Shown one piece after another: positions 8,596 through 18,339 of a stretch of 64,000 bases of DNA. The position numbers and the translations under genes were made by a program. Positions within the stretch are counted from its first letter, which is position 1, and every line of letters starts with the position of its first letter. The notes below the pieces were generated by a model. It was not told where the DNA came from, ran no database searches, and saw nothing but the letters and a program-made list of their open reading frames with translations. Source of the DNA: a bacterium (lineage in GTDB: Bacteria > Patescibacteriota > Minisyncoccia > Minisyncoccales > GWA2-46-15); assembly GCA_030693425.1 (NCBI GenBank), contig JAUYAM010000002.1, positions 186,949-250,948 of the forward strand, given 5' to 3'.

Positions 8596-8758
8596 ATTTT
8601 AGATTATAACATGCTTAGGGATCTTGATAAAAAACGATCTATTTGACTCCCCTTTTGGCAAAAGGTAAAATGGTATAATTTACACCCTTAAAATTCATCC
8701 ATCTCCATCCCGTAAAACCGCTTTCGGCGGCTAACGAGGCAAGCGTCCATCTACGATA

Positions 8759-11700
8759 ATGACAAAGTTCACTCACCTCCACGTGCATAGCCAGTATTCT
8801 CTATTGGATGGTTTGCCAAAAATCCCGGATCTTTTAGATTACGTCAAAGAGCTTGGCATGGATTCGCTAGCCCTCACTGACCACGGCGTCCTATACGGCG
8901 CCGTTGAGTTTTATAAGGAAGCGGTCAAAAAAGGGATAAAACCGATTATCGGCTGCGAAGTATATGTTGCCAACAACAAGATGACCGATAAGCGTCCGAA
9001 TGTCGACGACAAGAGATACCACCTGATTTTATTGGCCAAGAATGAACTGGGTTACAAAAACCTGGTTAAGCTAATCACCAAAGCCCATTTACAGGGCTTT
9101 TATTATAAGCCGAGAATCGATGAAGAGCTTTTAGCCGAGTATGGTCAAGGCCTGATTGGCCTTTCTGCCTGTCTTCAAGGCAAGATCCCTAGATTAATAC
9201 TGGCCAAAAAACTAAAAGAGGCTGAAGAAACGGCTTTGAAATACCAGGAGATTTTCGGCAAGGGCAACTTTTACCTCGAGCTTCAGCACCACCAAAATAT
9301 CAAAGAACAAGGAATTATAAACGAGGCATTAATCTCTCTGTCTAAGAAAACCGGCATTCCCTTGGTGGCGACCCAGGATCTTCATTATCTAAGGCCCGAG
9401 GACGCCGACGCCCAGGATATTTTAATGCTGATTAATACCGGAGCAGACGCTAACGATCCTGAAAGGCTGACCATGAAACAGGATGATTTTTCCATGACCT
9501 CTCCGGAAAAAATGGCAGAATATTTCAAAGATATCCCAGGGGCGATTGAAAATACCCAAAAGATTGTTGATCTATGCGATTTTAAATTTGATTTGGGCAA
9601 GTGGAAACTGCCAAAATTCGAAACCCCGAATAAGGAACCGGCAGACGAATACTTAAAAACCCTTTGCCTCGCAGGCCTGGAAAAGAAATACGGAAATGCG
9701 CCTGCTCCGGCGGTTTTGGAAAGGCTTGATTTTGAGCTGGCAACTATCCAAAAAGTCGGTTACGCCTCTTATTTTCTGATCGTCCAGGATTTTGCCAACT
9801 GGGCCAGAGAAAAAAGGATTATTTTTTCTGCCCGCGGCTCTGCCAATAATTCTTTGGTCAGCTACATCCTTAACATCACTAATATTGACCCGATCAAATA
9901 CAATCTTTTTTTTGAAAGGTTTTTAAATCCAGAGAGAATCTCGCCGGCCGATATTGACATCGATTTCACCGACCGCCGGAGAAATGAAGTTATTGACTAT
10001 GTCTCTCAAAAATACGGCCGCGACAGAGTCGCCCAGATTATCACCTTTGGAACCATGGCCTCGAGGGCTGTCATTAGGGATGTTGGCAGAGCCCTAGGCT
10101 ACAGCTATTCTTTCTGCGACCAGATGGCCAAAATGATTCCTTTCGGCTTTACCCTTAACGATGCTCTAAACAAAATTAAGGAGTTTAAAGACCTTTATAG
10201 CCAGGACGCCAGGGCTGAAAAGTTGGTGGATTTGGCTAAAAAGCTGGAGGGAGTAGCCAGGCACGCCTCGACTCACGCCTGCGGAGTGGTCATTTCCGCC
10301 GAACCCCTGGAAAACCTGGTACCTTTGCAGCATCCGACCCAGAATGACGAAAACATTGTTACCCAGTATGAAATGCACTCTATTGAAGAACTCGGCCTTT
10401 TGAAAATGGACTTTTTAGGACTAAAGAACCTGACCGTCATTGAAGACACCCTGGCCCGCATTTATGCTGTCCACGACGGCTTGAAAGTTGATATTGACAA
10501 TATCCCTCTTGACGATAAAGAAGTTTATAAGACCTTGCAGAACGGCCGGACCGCCGGCCTGTTTCAACTGGAATCGTCGGGGATGACTCGTTATCTGGTG
10601 GACTTAAAGCCCACAGAAATGGAGGATTTGATTGCCATGATCGCCCTTTTCCGGCCAGGGCCGATGGAATTTATCCCCTCTTTCATCAAAAGAAAACACA
10701 AAAAAGAAAAGGTTGAATACCTCCATCCAAAACTCAAACCCATTCTGGAAAAAACATACGGAATATGTATTTATCAGGAGCAGCTGCTCCAGATCGCTCG
10801 GGACTTGGCCGGTTTCACTATGGGCGAAGCCGACGTTTTAAGAAAGGCTGTCGGCAAAAAAATCAAGTCTTTGCTTGACGAACAGGAGGAAAAAGTTGTC
10901 AGCGGCATGATTAAAAACGATATCCCAGAAAAAACCGCCGAAAGGCTCTGGGAATGGATTTTACCTTTTGCTAGATACGGCTTCCCCCGTGGGCACGCAG
11001 CCGGTTACGCCCTGATTGCTTACCAAACGGCTTTCTTAAAAACCCGCTTTCCGGTGGAATTCATGGCTTCCCTGTTGACTTCAGAGAAGCACGATGTCGA
11101 AAAAATCGCTTTCTTGATCGAAGAATGCAAAAGAATGAAAATTGAGGTTTTGCCGCCGGACATTAACGAAAGCCTGACTAACTTTACCGTTGTTCCCAAA
11201 GAAAAACAGATCCGTTTTGGACTTTTAGGCATCAAGAATGTCGGCGCCAACGTCGTCAAAGCGATTACCGATGAGAGGAAAACCAACGGCCCATTCAAGA
11301 ATCTGGGCGATTTTCTCTCGCGGATAAGCTCCAAGGATTTGAATAAGAAATCACTTGAAAGCATGGCTAAAGCCGGAGTTTTTGACTCCCTGGTTGAAAG
11401 AAACCAGATTCTGTCCAACATCGAGGAAATTTTGGAGTTCAACCGAGAGCGCCAGAGAAAAAGAGCTTCTGGCCAGAGAGATCTTTTTGGGGGCAAGATC
11501 AATTTTGGCTCTGAAATCAGGCTGGCCTCGGCTTCCCCTGCTTCTTCGAAAGAAAAGCTGGAATGGGAAAAAGAATTATTAGGCCTTTTCGTCACCTCTC
11601 ATCCTCTAGAGAGCCTCAGGATGATTTTAGAAAAAAAAGCTTCTCCTCTGGCAAAAATCACCAAGGAAATTGAAGGGAAAAGAATAAAGGTGGCTGGCAT

Positions 11701-11929
11701 TCTTTCGAGCCTAAAGAAAATCATTACCAAGAATGGCAAGCCCATGCTTTTCGTGAAGTTGGAGGACCTGACCGACAAGATCGAGATAGTCGTCTTCCCG
11801 TCTATCCTGGAAAGGAATCCCCTGCCTTTCAGAGAAAACAAGATTGTCTTTATAACCGGCAGAGTCAGCTTCAAAGACAATCTGCCCAAGATTATCTGCG
11901 ATGACATCCAGGAAATAGTGGAAGCTTAA
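8759..11929 (+). CDS. dnaE: DNA polymerase III alpha subunit
   Basis: 1056 aa. N-terminal PHP domain (HLHVHSQYSLLDG) and the polymerase core motifs. Confidence 0.93.
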   Translation: MTKFTHLHVHSQYSLLDGLPKIPDLLDYVKELGMDSLALTDHGVLYGAVEFYKEAVKKGIKPIIGCEVYVANNKMTDKRPNVDDKRYHLILLAKNELGYKNLVKLITKAHLQGFYYKPRIDEELLAEYGQGLIGLSACLQGKIPRLILAKKLKEAEETALKYQEIFGKGNFYLELQHHQNIKEQGIINEALISLSKKTGIPLVATQDLHYLRPEDADAQDILMLINTGADANDPERLTMKQDDFSMTSPEKMAEYFKDIPGAIENTQKIVDLCDFKFDLGKWKLPKFETPNKEPADEYLKTLCLAGLEKKYGNAPAPAVLERLDFELATIQKVGYASYFLIVQDFANWAREKRIIFSARGSANNSLVSYILNITNIDPIKYNLFFERFLNPERISPADIDIDFTDRRRNEVIDYVSQKYGRDRVAQIITFGTMASRAVIRDVGRALGYSYSFCDQMAKMIPFGFTLNDALNKIKEFKDLYSQDARAEKLVDLAKKLEGVARHASTHACGVVISAEPLENLVPLQHPTQNDENIVTQYEMHSIEELGLLKMDFLGLKNLTVIEDTLARIYAVHDGLKVDIDNIPLDDKEVYKTLQNGRTAGLFQLESSGMTRYLVDLKPTEMEDLIAMIALFRPGPMEFIPSFIKRKHKKEKVEYLHPKLKPILEKTYGICIYQEQLLQIARDLAGFTMGEADVLRKAVGKKIKSLLDEQEEKVVSGMIKNDIPEKTAERLWEWILPFARYGFPRGHAAGYALIAYQTAFLKTRFPVEFMASLLTSEKHDVEKIAFLIEECKRMKIEVLPPDINESLTNFTVVPKEKQIRFGLLGIKNVGANVVKAITDERKTNGPFKNLGDFLSRISSKDLNKKSLESMAKAGVFDSLVERNQILSNIEEILEFNRERQRKRASGQRDLFGGKINFGSEIRLASASPASSKEKLEWEKELLGLFVTSHPLESLRMILEKKASPLAKITKEIEGKRIKVAGILSSLKKIITKNGKPMLFVKLEDLTDKIEIVVFPSILERNPLPFRENKIVFITGRVSFKDNLPKIICDDIQEIVEA

Positions 11930-11953
11930 AAAATAACCTTGTTTTAAATGCAA

Positions 11954-11976
11954 AAGGACGACCATTGGCCGTCCTT
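11954..11976. terminator. hairpin terminator between the convergent dnaE (+) and a small ORF (-)
   Basis: Stem AAGGACGACC/GGCCGTCCTT (10 bp with one mismatch), 3-nt loop. T-run on the minus-strand side (TTTTGCATTT). Confidence 0.5.
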
Positions 11977-11986
11977 AAGTTGGGAT

Positions 11987-12109
11987 TTAACCCTGTTTGT
12001 TTTCTCTCCGCCACTCAAGCCACCATAGGAGAGCAGCGATGATGAGTCCCGAAAAGAAAACAAGCAACAGGGCTTGCCCCTCCCGGGGCATGTTCACAAT
12101 CCATTCCAT
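11987..12109 (-). CDS. small single-TM protein, 40 aa (hypothetical; not in the ORF track)
   Basis: ATG preceded by GGAGGAAACCA (strong SD, 6-nt spacing). MEWIVNMPREGQALLLVFFSGLIIAALLWWLEWRRENKQG. The hairpin terminator follows. Confidence 0.4.
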   Translation of the reverse strand: MEWIVNMPREGQALLLVFFSGLIIAALLWWLEWRRENKQG

Positions 12110-12635
12110 TGGTTTCCTCCTTCCACAAAGAATACGATGAAATGCGCCTCCGTTATAGCAAAAACCCCTTAAAAGTCAAGGATTCGGCAAGCCATGTTGA
12201 AAGGAAATGATAATGTCAGGGCAGCGGGAATTAGAAATGTCAGTTTTCTGTTGAGGTTAGACCTCAACAGATATTTACCAACTCTTTTCTCGGCTGTTTA
12301 ACTTACCTTAAAACATGTCACCATTACACCCGATCGTGTGTATTGTTGACAGGTTTTTATAACCAAACTGTTGTTCGCACAACACATGACACAGTAATAT
12401 CATCTGAATCAGTACAAGACCTTGACAAAAGGTTTTGAGTTGCTATCCTCTAACTATGAATAAATTCTGTGTTTCAACCACTACTACGACCACCACTACC
12501 TGCCTTTGGCGGGAGATGTTTTCGTAGTTGTCAGTTAATAGTTCTGCTACCAAGACACCTCCTGCTAAAGGAGGCATTTTAATTTCAAGGTCTTTTAATA
12601 AGAGTTTAAACATGCTAAAATAGCATATTACGCCT
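12110..12635 (+). other. ~520-nt ORF-poor, hairpin-rich leader region upstream of thrS
   Basis: Perfect 10-bp hairpin at 12248-12270. TTGACA hexamers at 12348 and 12424. SD-like hairpin CCTCCT-GCTAA-AGGAGG plus U-run at 12558-12585. Palindrome ATGCTAAAATAGCAT just before the start codon. Confidence 0.4.
12558..12585 (+). promoter_or_regulatory. terminator/attenuator-like hairpin containing AGGAGG, followed by a T-rich tract, 50 nt upstream of the thrS start
   Basis: CCTCCT/AGGAGG 6-bp stem with a 5-nt loop, then CATTTTAATTTC. Confidence 0.4.
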
Positions 12636-14465
12636 ATGTCTAAGAAATCAACCTCTAAAAAGGCAAAAAAGCCCGACTCCTCCGAGGAGTATAGGGCAAA
12701 AGAGCTCTGGAAAATGCGCCACAGCTGCGAGCATGTCCTGCATCAGGCAATGATTCGGCTTTATCCTCAATTTAAAGAGGCAATGGGGCCGGCGACCGAT
12801 GAGGGATTTTATATTGACTTTGATGCGGAACTATCGGGCAAGTCCGGCCAACCGCTTAAGATTTCTGAAGCGGACTTTCTCAGAATAGAGGCGGAAATGG
12901 CAAAGATAATCAAGGGAAACCTGCCTATTAAGCGAGAGGAGTTTTCGTTTGTCCAGGCCCAAAAATTATTCAAAAGTAATCCCTATAAACGGGAATTACT
13001 GGCAGATATCAAAAAGCGCGGTGAAAAAGCAACGGCTTACTGGACCGGCAAGGAATTTGTTTCTCTTTGCGCCGGGCCCCATATCAGCTCAACTGGTAAA
13101 ATCGGCGCTTTTAAACTTCTGTCTGTTGCCGGCGCCTACTGGCACGGCTCGGAAAAGAACAAAATGCTCGCCAGGATTTACGGCACCTGCTTTCCAACTC
13201 AAAAAGAACTAGAACAATATCTTTTACAACAAGAAGAAGCGGAAAAACGGGATCACCGCAAGCTAGGAAAAGAACTGGACCTTTTCGTTTTCTCCGATAT
13301 TATCGGCAAGGGCCTGCCGCTTTTGACTCCCAAGGGAACAATAATCAGAAAAGAACTTGAAAAATTTGTGATAGAGGAAGAAACGAAACGCGGCTATCAG
13401 CACGTCATTACCCCGCCGCTCGCCAAAGTGGAACTCTATGAAAAATCAGGCCACTACCCGTATTACAAAGACACTATGTACCCGGCCATGCAGATAGACG
13501 AAGAAAAACTGATTCTGCGGCCGATGACCTGCCCCCATCACTTTATGCTCTACAAATCGCAACCGCGAAGCTACAAAGAGTTACCGGTGCGTTTTGCAGA
13601 GATCGCCTCCCAATTCCGATACGAAAAAAGCGGCGAGCTTTCCGGATTGACGAGAGTAAGAATGTTTTGTCTGGCAGACGCTCACATAATGTGCGCCAAA
13701 GAACAAGCCCGGGGCGAAATTATGGAAGTTCTGAAGCTAATTGATTATGCTAATTCGGTCTTTGGGTTGAAAAAAGGCGTTGACTACCGCTACCGTCTCT
13801 CTTTGGGCGACCGGAAAGACGCCAACAAAAAGTATTATAAAGACGATAAGGCCTGGAATGCGGCTGAAAATATCTTGCGCCAGGTTTTAAAAGAGATAGA
13901 AGCGCCTTTCTTTGAAGCAAAAGGAGAAGCGGCGTTTTACGGCCCCAAAATAGACATCCAGGTCAAAAAAGTCAACGGCCAGGAAGAAACCGCATTCACG
14001 GTTCAGTACGATTTTGTCATGCCCAAACGTTTTGAACTCACTTACACCGACAATCTTGGGAAGGAAAAAGAGGTGGTCGTTGTCCACCGCTCTTCGATCG
14101 GCGCCTTTGAAAGAACCATGGCCTTTTTGATTGAGTTCTATGCCGGCGCTTTTCCGGTTTGGCTGTCCCCGGTCCAAGTCCAGGTGATTCCCGTGGCTGA
14201 CCGCCATCTTGACTACGCCCGCAAAATCGTTCAGGTTATGAGAGACGCTAATATAAGAGTTGAACTAAAAGACGAACAAGAAACGGTTTCCAAAAAAATC
14301 AGGAGCGGCGAGCTCCAGAAAATCCCCTATCTTCTGGTTGTCGGCGACAGAGAGATTCAGGCCAAAAATATCAGCTTCAGGCAAAGACAAAAAGGAGATC
14401 TGGGGACGATGAAACTCAATGATTTTGTCGCTAAGATAAGGAAAGAGATTGACCAGAAGAAGTAA
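12636..14465 (+). CDS. thrS: threonyl-tRNA synthetase (lacks the N-terminal TGS domain)
   Basis: The editing-domain HSCEHVLHQAM motif, the class II catalytic core and a C-terminal anticodon-binding domain are present. 609 aa. Confidence 0.92.
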   Translation: MSKKSTSKKAKKPDSSEEYRAKELWKMRHSCEHVLHQAMIRLYPQFKEAMGPATDEGFYIDFDAELSGKSGQPLKISEADFLRIEAEMAKIIKGNLPIKREEFSFVQAQKLFKSNPYKRELLADIKKRGEKATAYWTGKEFVSLCAGPHISSTGKIGAFKLLSVAGAYWHGSEKNKMLARIYGTCFPTQKELEQYLLQQEEAEKRDHRKLGKELDLFVFSDIIGKGLPLLTPKGTIIRKELEKFVIEEETKRGYQHVITPPLAKVELYEKSGHYPYYKDTMYPAMQIDEEKLILRPMTCPHHFMLYKSQPRSYKELPVRFAEIASQFRYEKSGELSGLTRVRMFCLADAHIMCAKEQARGEIMEVLKLIDYANSVFGLKKGVDYRYRLSLGDRKDANKKYYKDDKAWNAAENILRQVLKEIEAPFFEAKGEAAFYGPKIDIQVKKVNGQEETAFTVQYDFVMPKRFELTYTDNLGKEKEVVVVHRSSIGAFERTMAFLIEFYAGAFPVWLSPVQVQVIPVADRHLDYARKIVQVMRDANIRVELKDEQETVSKKIRSGELQKIPYLLVVGDREIQAKNISFRQRQKGDLGTMKLNDFVAKIRKEIDQKK

Positions 14466-14473
14466 ATAATTTT

Positions 14474-16051
14474 ATGATATCTGATCCGACTAGAAAGTAT
14501 CTTCAGCAAGTAGACTCTTTTAGTCTTGAAGAAAGCCAAGTCGATGCCCCAAAAATCCACGTTGACTACGTCGCCTCTAAAATAGCCACTCTCTACGAAA
14601 AGCTCCGCCAGGTGATCGACTACCAGGAGGAGCACTTATTGAGGAAAAACACCATCGAGAGAGTCCTAAAAAGGCGACTTTTGCTTTCTACGGATCCCGA
14701 AGAGATCTCAAAACCCCTGATTTTCGAGTTGATAAGAGGCGGCTATTTTGCCAACGACAAGATTCCGGAAACAAAAATCGAAGAGGTCAAAAAGCTTCTG
14801 GGGAAATACCTTTTTTTAATTGAGAGCCTATCGGCGACGTCTGGGAAAGACGGCCTGATCGAATGGTTGAAAAGACTGGCGGCGACAGAAATCGAGGAAA
14901 AGCTGGCTCCCCAGAGAAAAGAATCTTCCCTTCTTAACTACATGGTCGAAGAACTCTTGAAGCGGCTGGCCTTCCCGGATATTTTCATCGAGGATCAGAG
15001 GAAAAAAGAGCTGGTTTTCATCGCTTGCCAAAAAGGGCTTCTGAAAGCCGACCAGGCGCTTTTGAGCTGGAGGCTGCTCAAGCTGAAGCTTCCGGAATTC
15101 GCCAACTCCCCCGATTTTGATTTTCTGGCCAGTTTTTCCCAGAACCTGCCGTTTCTAAAAAGGGAGATTGATGGGGAGATCAGCCACCCCTTAGTCAAAA
15201 GGATCCAGGCAGTTGTCTGCCGTTTTGTTCCTGGCTTCCTTCTTATCAACGACATAGTTTGCGACGATCCCAAGCAGACAAGAGAGCTTTTTGAAAAGCC
15301 CGATTCCCTTGAGCCGCGCCTGAAATTTACCTACGAGAAAAGATACCGGCAGATGAAAAAGCAGAACCGCCGCTGGGGCGGCAGATGGGTCATTTCAATC
15401 CTTTTGTCAAAGATGCTGCTGGCTTTCCTGATCGAGGTTCCCTATGACCGCCTGACTAACAACTTTTCTCCCCTGGCAGCCGGGGTCAACCTTCTTGTCC
15501 CGCCTTTGCTGATGTTTTTGATCATTGCCTCAATCAGGATTCCTAAAGAGGAGAACAAAAGAATCGTTTGCGATCAAACTATGAAAATCGTCTATCCCGG
15601 AGAGCGTTTGGAAAGCATTTTGGTCAAAAAACCTCCGGAAAAGAAGGGCTGGATAACCTTTATCTTAAAAACGATCTTTTTGATCAGCACGGCCGCTGTT
15701 TTCACCGGAGTGATCTACCTGCTCTCGAGAATCAATTTCAGCTGGCTGAGCATCCTCATTTTCCTGGCCTTTTTCTCTTTGATTGCTTTCTCGGGGATGA
15801 AAATCGAAGCCTCGACCAAACAGCTGAAGGCCAGCGACCGGGAAAAGGAAGAGGATATTGTCAGCTTTATCGCCGACGTTTTCTTTCTGCCCTTCAGGAA
15901 CGCCGGCAAGTGGCTTTCCGGACAGCTCCAGAAATACAACCTGATTATCCTCATTCTCAATCTTTTCTTTGAAGCGCCTTTGCAGGTATTTTTTGAGTTC
16001 CTCGAGAGCTGGCGAGGCTACTTGAAGGCAAAGAAAGAAGAGCTTGAATAG
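14474..16051 (+). CDS. hypothetical protein: ~300-aa soluble N-terminal region plus a C-terminal 4-TM domain
   Basis: 525-aa ORF translationally coupled to thrS (9-nt gap). No family recognised. Confidence 0.6.
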   Translation: MISDPTRKYLQQVDSFSLEESQVDAPKIHVDYVASKIATLYEKLRQVIDYQEEHLLRKNTIERVLKRRLLLSTDPEEISKPLIFELIRGGYFANDKIPETKIEEVKKLLGKYLFLIESLSATSGKDGLIEWLKRLAATEIEEKLAPQRKESSLLNYMVEELLKRLAFPDIFIEDQRKKELVFIACQKGLLKADQALLSWRLLKLKLPEFANSPDFDFLASFSQNLPFLKREIDGEISHPLVKRIQAVVCRFVPGFLLINDIVCDDPKQTRELFEKPDSLEPRLKFTYEKRYRQMKKQNRRWGGRWVISILLSKMLLAFLIEVPYDRLTNNFSPLAAGVNLLVPPLLMFLIIASIRIPKEENKRIVCDQTMKIVYPGERLESILVKKPPEKKGWITFILKTIFLISTAAVFTGVIYLLSRINFSWLSILIFLAFFSLIAFSGMKIEASTKQLKASDREKEEDIVSFIADVFFLPFRNAGKWLSGQLQKYNLIILILNLFFEAPLQVFFEFLESWRGYLKAKKEELE

Positions 16052-16110
16052 CAGATCCCAGTGTCATATAGTAAAACAAAGTCGGCTTAAATCAACTAAA
16101 GTTTAAAAAA

Positions 16111-17613
16111 ATGAACTCATTTTACAAGAAACTCGTTTTTTGCTCTCTATTGATAGCAGCGATGGCTATATTTAGTTTAGCCTTAGCCGAAGAAACGCCA
16201 GCCCCTGCCTCGTCTCCAACAGTGACTGTTGAGAATATTGAAGAAGATGTCACTGCCCAAGATCTTGGAGTGGCAACTCCAAACATTTTGCCAGACAACA
16301 AATTCTATTTCCTTAAAGAATGGCAAAGGAACTTAAAACTGGGCTTCACTTTTAATCCGGTCAAAAAAGCCGAGTTAAGACAGACGATTTTAAACGAGAA
16401 ATTAATAGAATTAAAAACACTTTCTGAAAAAACCCAAGATCCGGAAACGCTTAAAAAAGCAACCGAGAATTACCAGAAAGGAATTGAGAGGTTAAACAGC
16501 CAGATCCAAAAGATTAAAGATACGGCCCAAACCAACCCCAAGGTTAATCAATTCCTCGAGAAATTTACGGAGCAGAATCTTTTGCAGCAAAAAATCTTGG
16601 GAAAGCTGGAAAATCAGGTTCCGCCCCAGGTTTTTGAAAAAATCGAGGTTGCCCGCGAGCAGCACATCGAAAAATTCGGTCAGGTTATGGCTAAACTGGA
16701 GAACAATAAAGAAAAAATCGCAGAGAGAATCAGTCAAGCCCTGGAAAAGCAGACAGCCACCGATTTCAAATCCCTGGAAGACTTTCAGCTTTTGAGAAAG
16801 CTTGAAGAGAAACTTCCCTTGGAAGCCCGGGAGGCTATCAGGAAAGCCGCCGAAAAAAAGATGGAGCTTTTTAAAGACGTTTTTGAAAATATGCCCCCCG
16901 AAAAGCAGGAAAAAATCGGCAATTACCTTCAGGTTATCGGCAGAGACAAGGAACAACAGCTGGAAATCATTGAAAACTTAAAGCAAGAAGTTAAGTCCGA
17001 AGACACTCAAAAAAGATTAGAGCGGGTCAAAAAGGGCATTATGTGCATTACTCTTTGGGACCCGGTTTGCGGCACAGATAATAAGACCTATTCCAACGAT
17101 TGTTTTGCCAAGGCCGCAGGAGTCGATGTCGCCTATAAGGGAGAGTGCGAAGGATTAGTCAAGCCCGGCTGCCAGAATCTCTGGTGGTATGATGACAATC
17201 AGAAAACATGCCAAGTAAAGAGTTTCTGCGGCGCTTATATGTATCTGGGTCTGCGGACTTTCAAGACAAAAGCAGAGTGTTTGAAATCGCTGAACTCGGA
17301 AACCAACCTTCCTGAATGCGGCGGCATTCAGGGAATCATTTGTAAACAAGGTTACCGCTGCCAGTATGAAGGTGACTATCCAGACGCCACAGGCAAATGC
17401 GTTCTTATTGAAAAAGAATGCAAACCTGTTTGCTTTGCAATCGGCACAAGGTCAGAAGGCTGGCACGATTGTAATGGAAATTTTCTTAAATGGGACAACT
17501 GCAAAGATTGCCAGCCTGTTTGCAAAAACATTGGCACAAAACTAGAGGGCTGGTACAGTTCTTGCGAAGACAGACTGATTAAGCGGGAAACTTGCGGCCA
17601 AGAGATTGAGTAA
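16111..17613 (+). CDS. secreted protein: signal peptide, DUF5667-like helical domain, Kazal-type domain and Cys-rich repeats
   Basis: Signal peptide, then ILPDNKFYFLKEW (the typical DUF5667 start). PVCGTDNKTYSNDC is a Kazal core. Tandem CxPVCxxIGTxxEGW repeats lie at the C-terminus. Confidence 0.75.
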   Translation: MNSFYKKLVFCSLLIAAMAIFSLALAEETPAPASSPTVTVENIEEDVTAQDLGVATPNILPDNKFYFLKEWQRNLKLGFTFNPVKKAELRQTILNEKLIELKTLSEKTQDPETLKKATENYQKGIERLNSQIQKIKDTAQTNPKVNQFLEKFTEQNLLQQKILGKLENQVPPQVFEKIEVAREQHIEKFGQVMAKLENNKEKIAERISQALEKQTATDFKSLEDFQLLRKLEEKLPLEAREAIRKAAEKKMELFKDVFENMPPEKQEKIGNYLQVIGRDKEQQLEIIENLKQEVKSEDTQKRLERVKKGIMCITLWDPVCGTDNKTYSNDCFAKAAGVDVAYKGECEGLVKPGCQNLWWYDDNQKTCQVKSFCGAYMYLGLRTFKTKAECLKSLNSETNLPECGGIQGIICKQGYRCQYEGDYPDATGKCVLIEKECKPVCFAIGTRSEGWHDCNGNFLKWDNCKDCQPVCKNIGTKLEGWYSSCEDRLIKRETCGQEIE

Positions 17614-17624
17614 GGCAAGCAGGC

Positions 17625-18320
17625 TTATTCAGAAGTTCGTCTCTCAGCCTTGACTTCCTCCATAATCTCAACCCCGAAGCTGGTGCCGATAATGTCGGCT
17701 CCGGCTTCTCTCATCATCTGCCAGTCGGCATAATTTCTGATGCCGCCGGCAGCTTTAATCAAAAGGCCGGGAGCGGCTTCTTTCATGATTTTCAAATGCT
17801 TGGCTTTTTCGGCGAGCTCCGAATGCCCTAAAGGGTCTTTTTCGGTAGCTGTTTTGACGCAGATGGCTCCGGAGCTTTTCACCAGTTCTGAAGCTTTTCT
17901 GACTTCGGCATCCGTCAGATAACCCGAGCCAATAATGACTTTGGTGGGCAGGATTTGAGTGATGACCTTTAAATCGCCAAGAATATTCAGGTAGCGTCCG
18001 TATTTCAGATCGACAACGTTCATGACAACGTCTAGCTCGTCTGTGCCGTCGAGCCTGGCCCTTTCGCACTCTTGGATTCTCAACTTATGCGGGCTGGTGC
18101 CCATCGGCGGGTCGATCAGGCAGATGACTTTGATGTCGGTCCCCAAGAGCTCTTGGTTGATCATTCTTATCCACTGGGGGTTGACGCAGACTCCCCGGAA
18201 ATTGTAAAGCTTGGCCTCTTCGCAGGTCTTTTTGATATCCTCTTCCTTCGCCTCTTTGCCGATATTGGTATAGTCAATAGTCTTGGAAACCTCTTTTAAC
18301 ACCTCTTTTTCTATGAGCAT
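17625..18320 (-). CDS. deoC: deoxyribose-phosphate aldolase
   Basis: DERA-like TIM barrel with the Schiff-base lysine region VKTATEK and G-rich GTSFG. 231 aa. Confidence 0.85.
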   Translation of the reverse strand: MLIEKEVLKEVSKTIDYTNIGKEAKEEDIKKTCEEAKLYNFRGVCVNPQWIRMINQELLGTDIKVICLIDPPMGTSPHKLRIQECERARLDGTDELDVVMNVVDLKYGRYLNILGDLKVITQILPTKVIIGSGYLTDAEVRKASELVKSSGAICVKTATEKDPLGHSELAEKAKHLKIMKEAAPGLLIKAAGGIRNYADWQMMREAGADIIGTSFGVEIMEEVKAERRTSE

Positions 18321-18339
18321 ATGATTATTGTTTTATTCT

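Noticed and set aside
12110-12635. T-box riboswitch upstream of thrS
   Set aside because: No match to the conserved T-box sequence (AGGGUGGNACCGCG) or a specifier-loop arrangement. Kept only as a generic structured leader.
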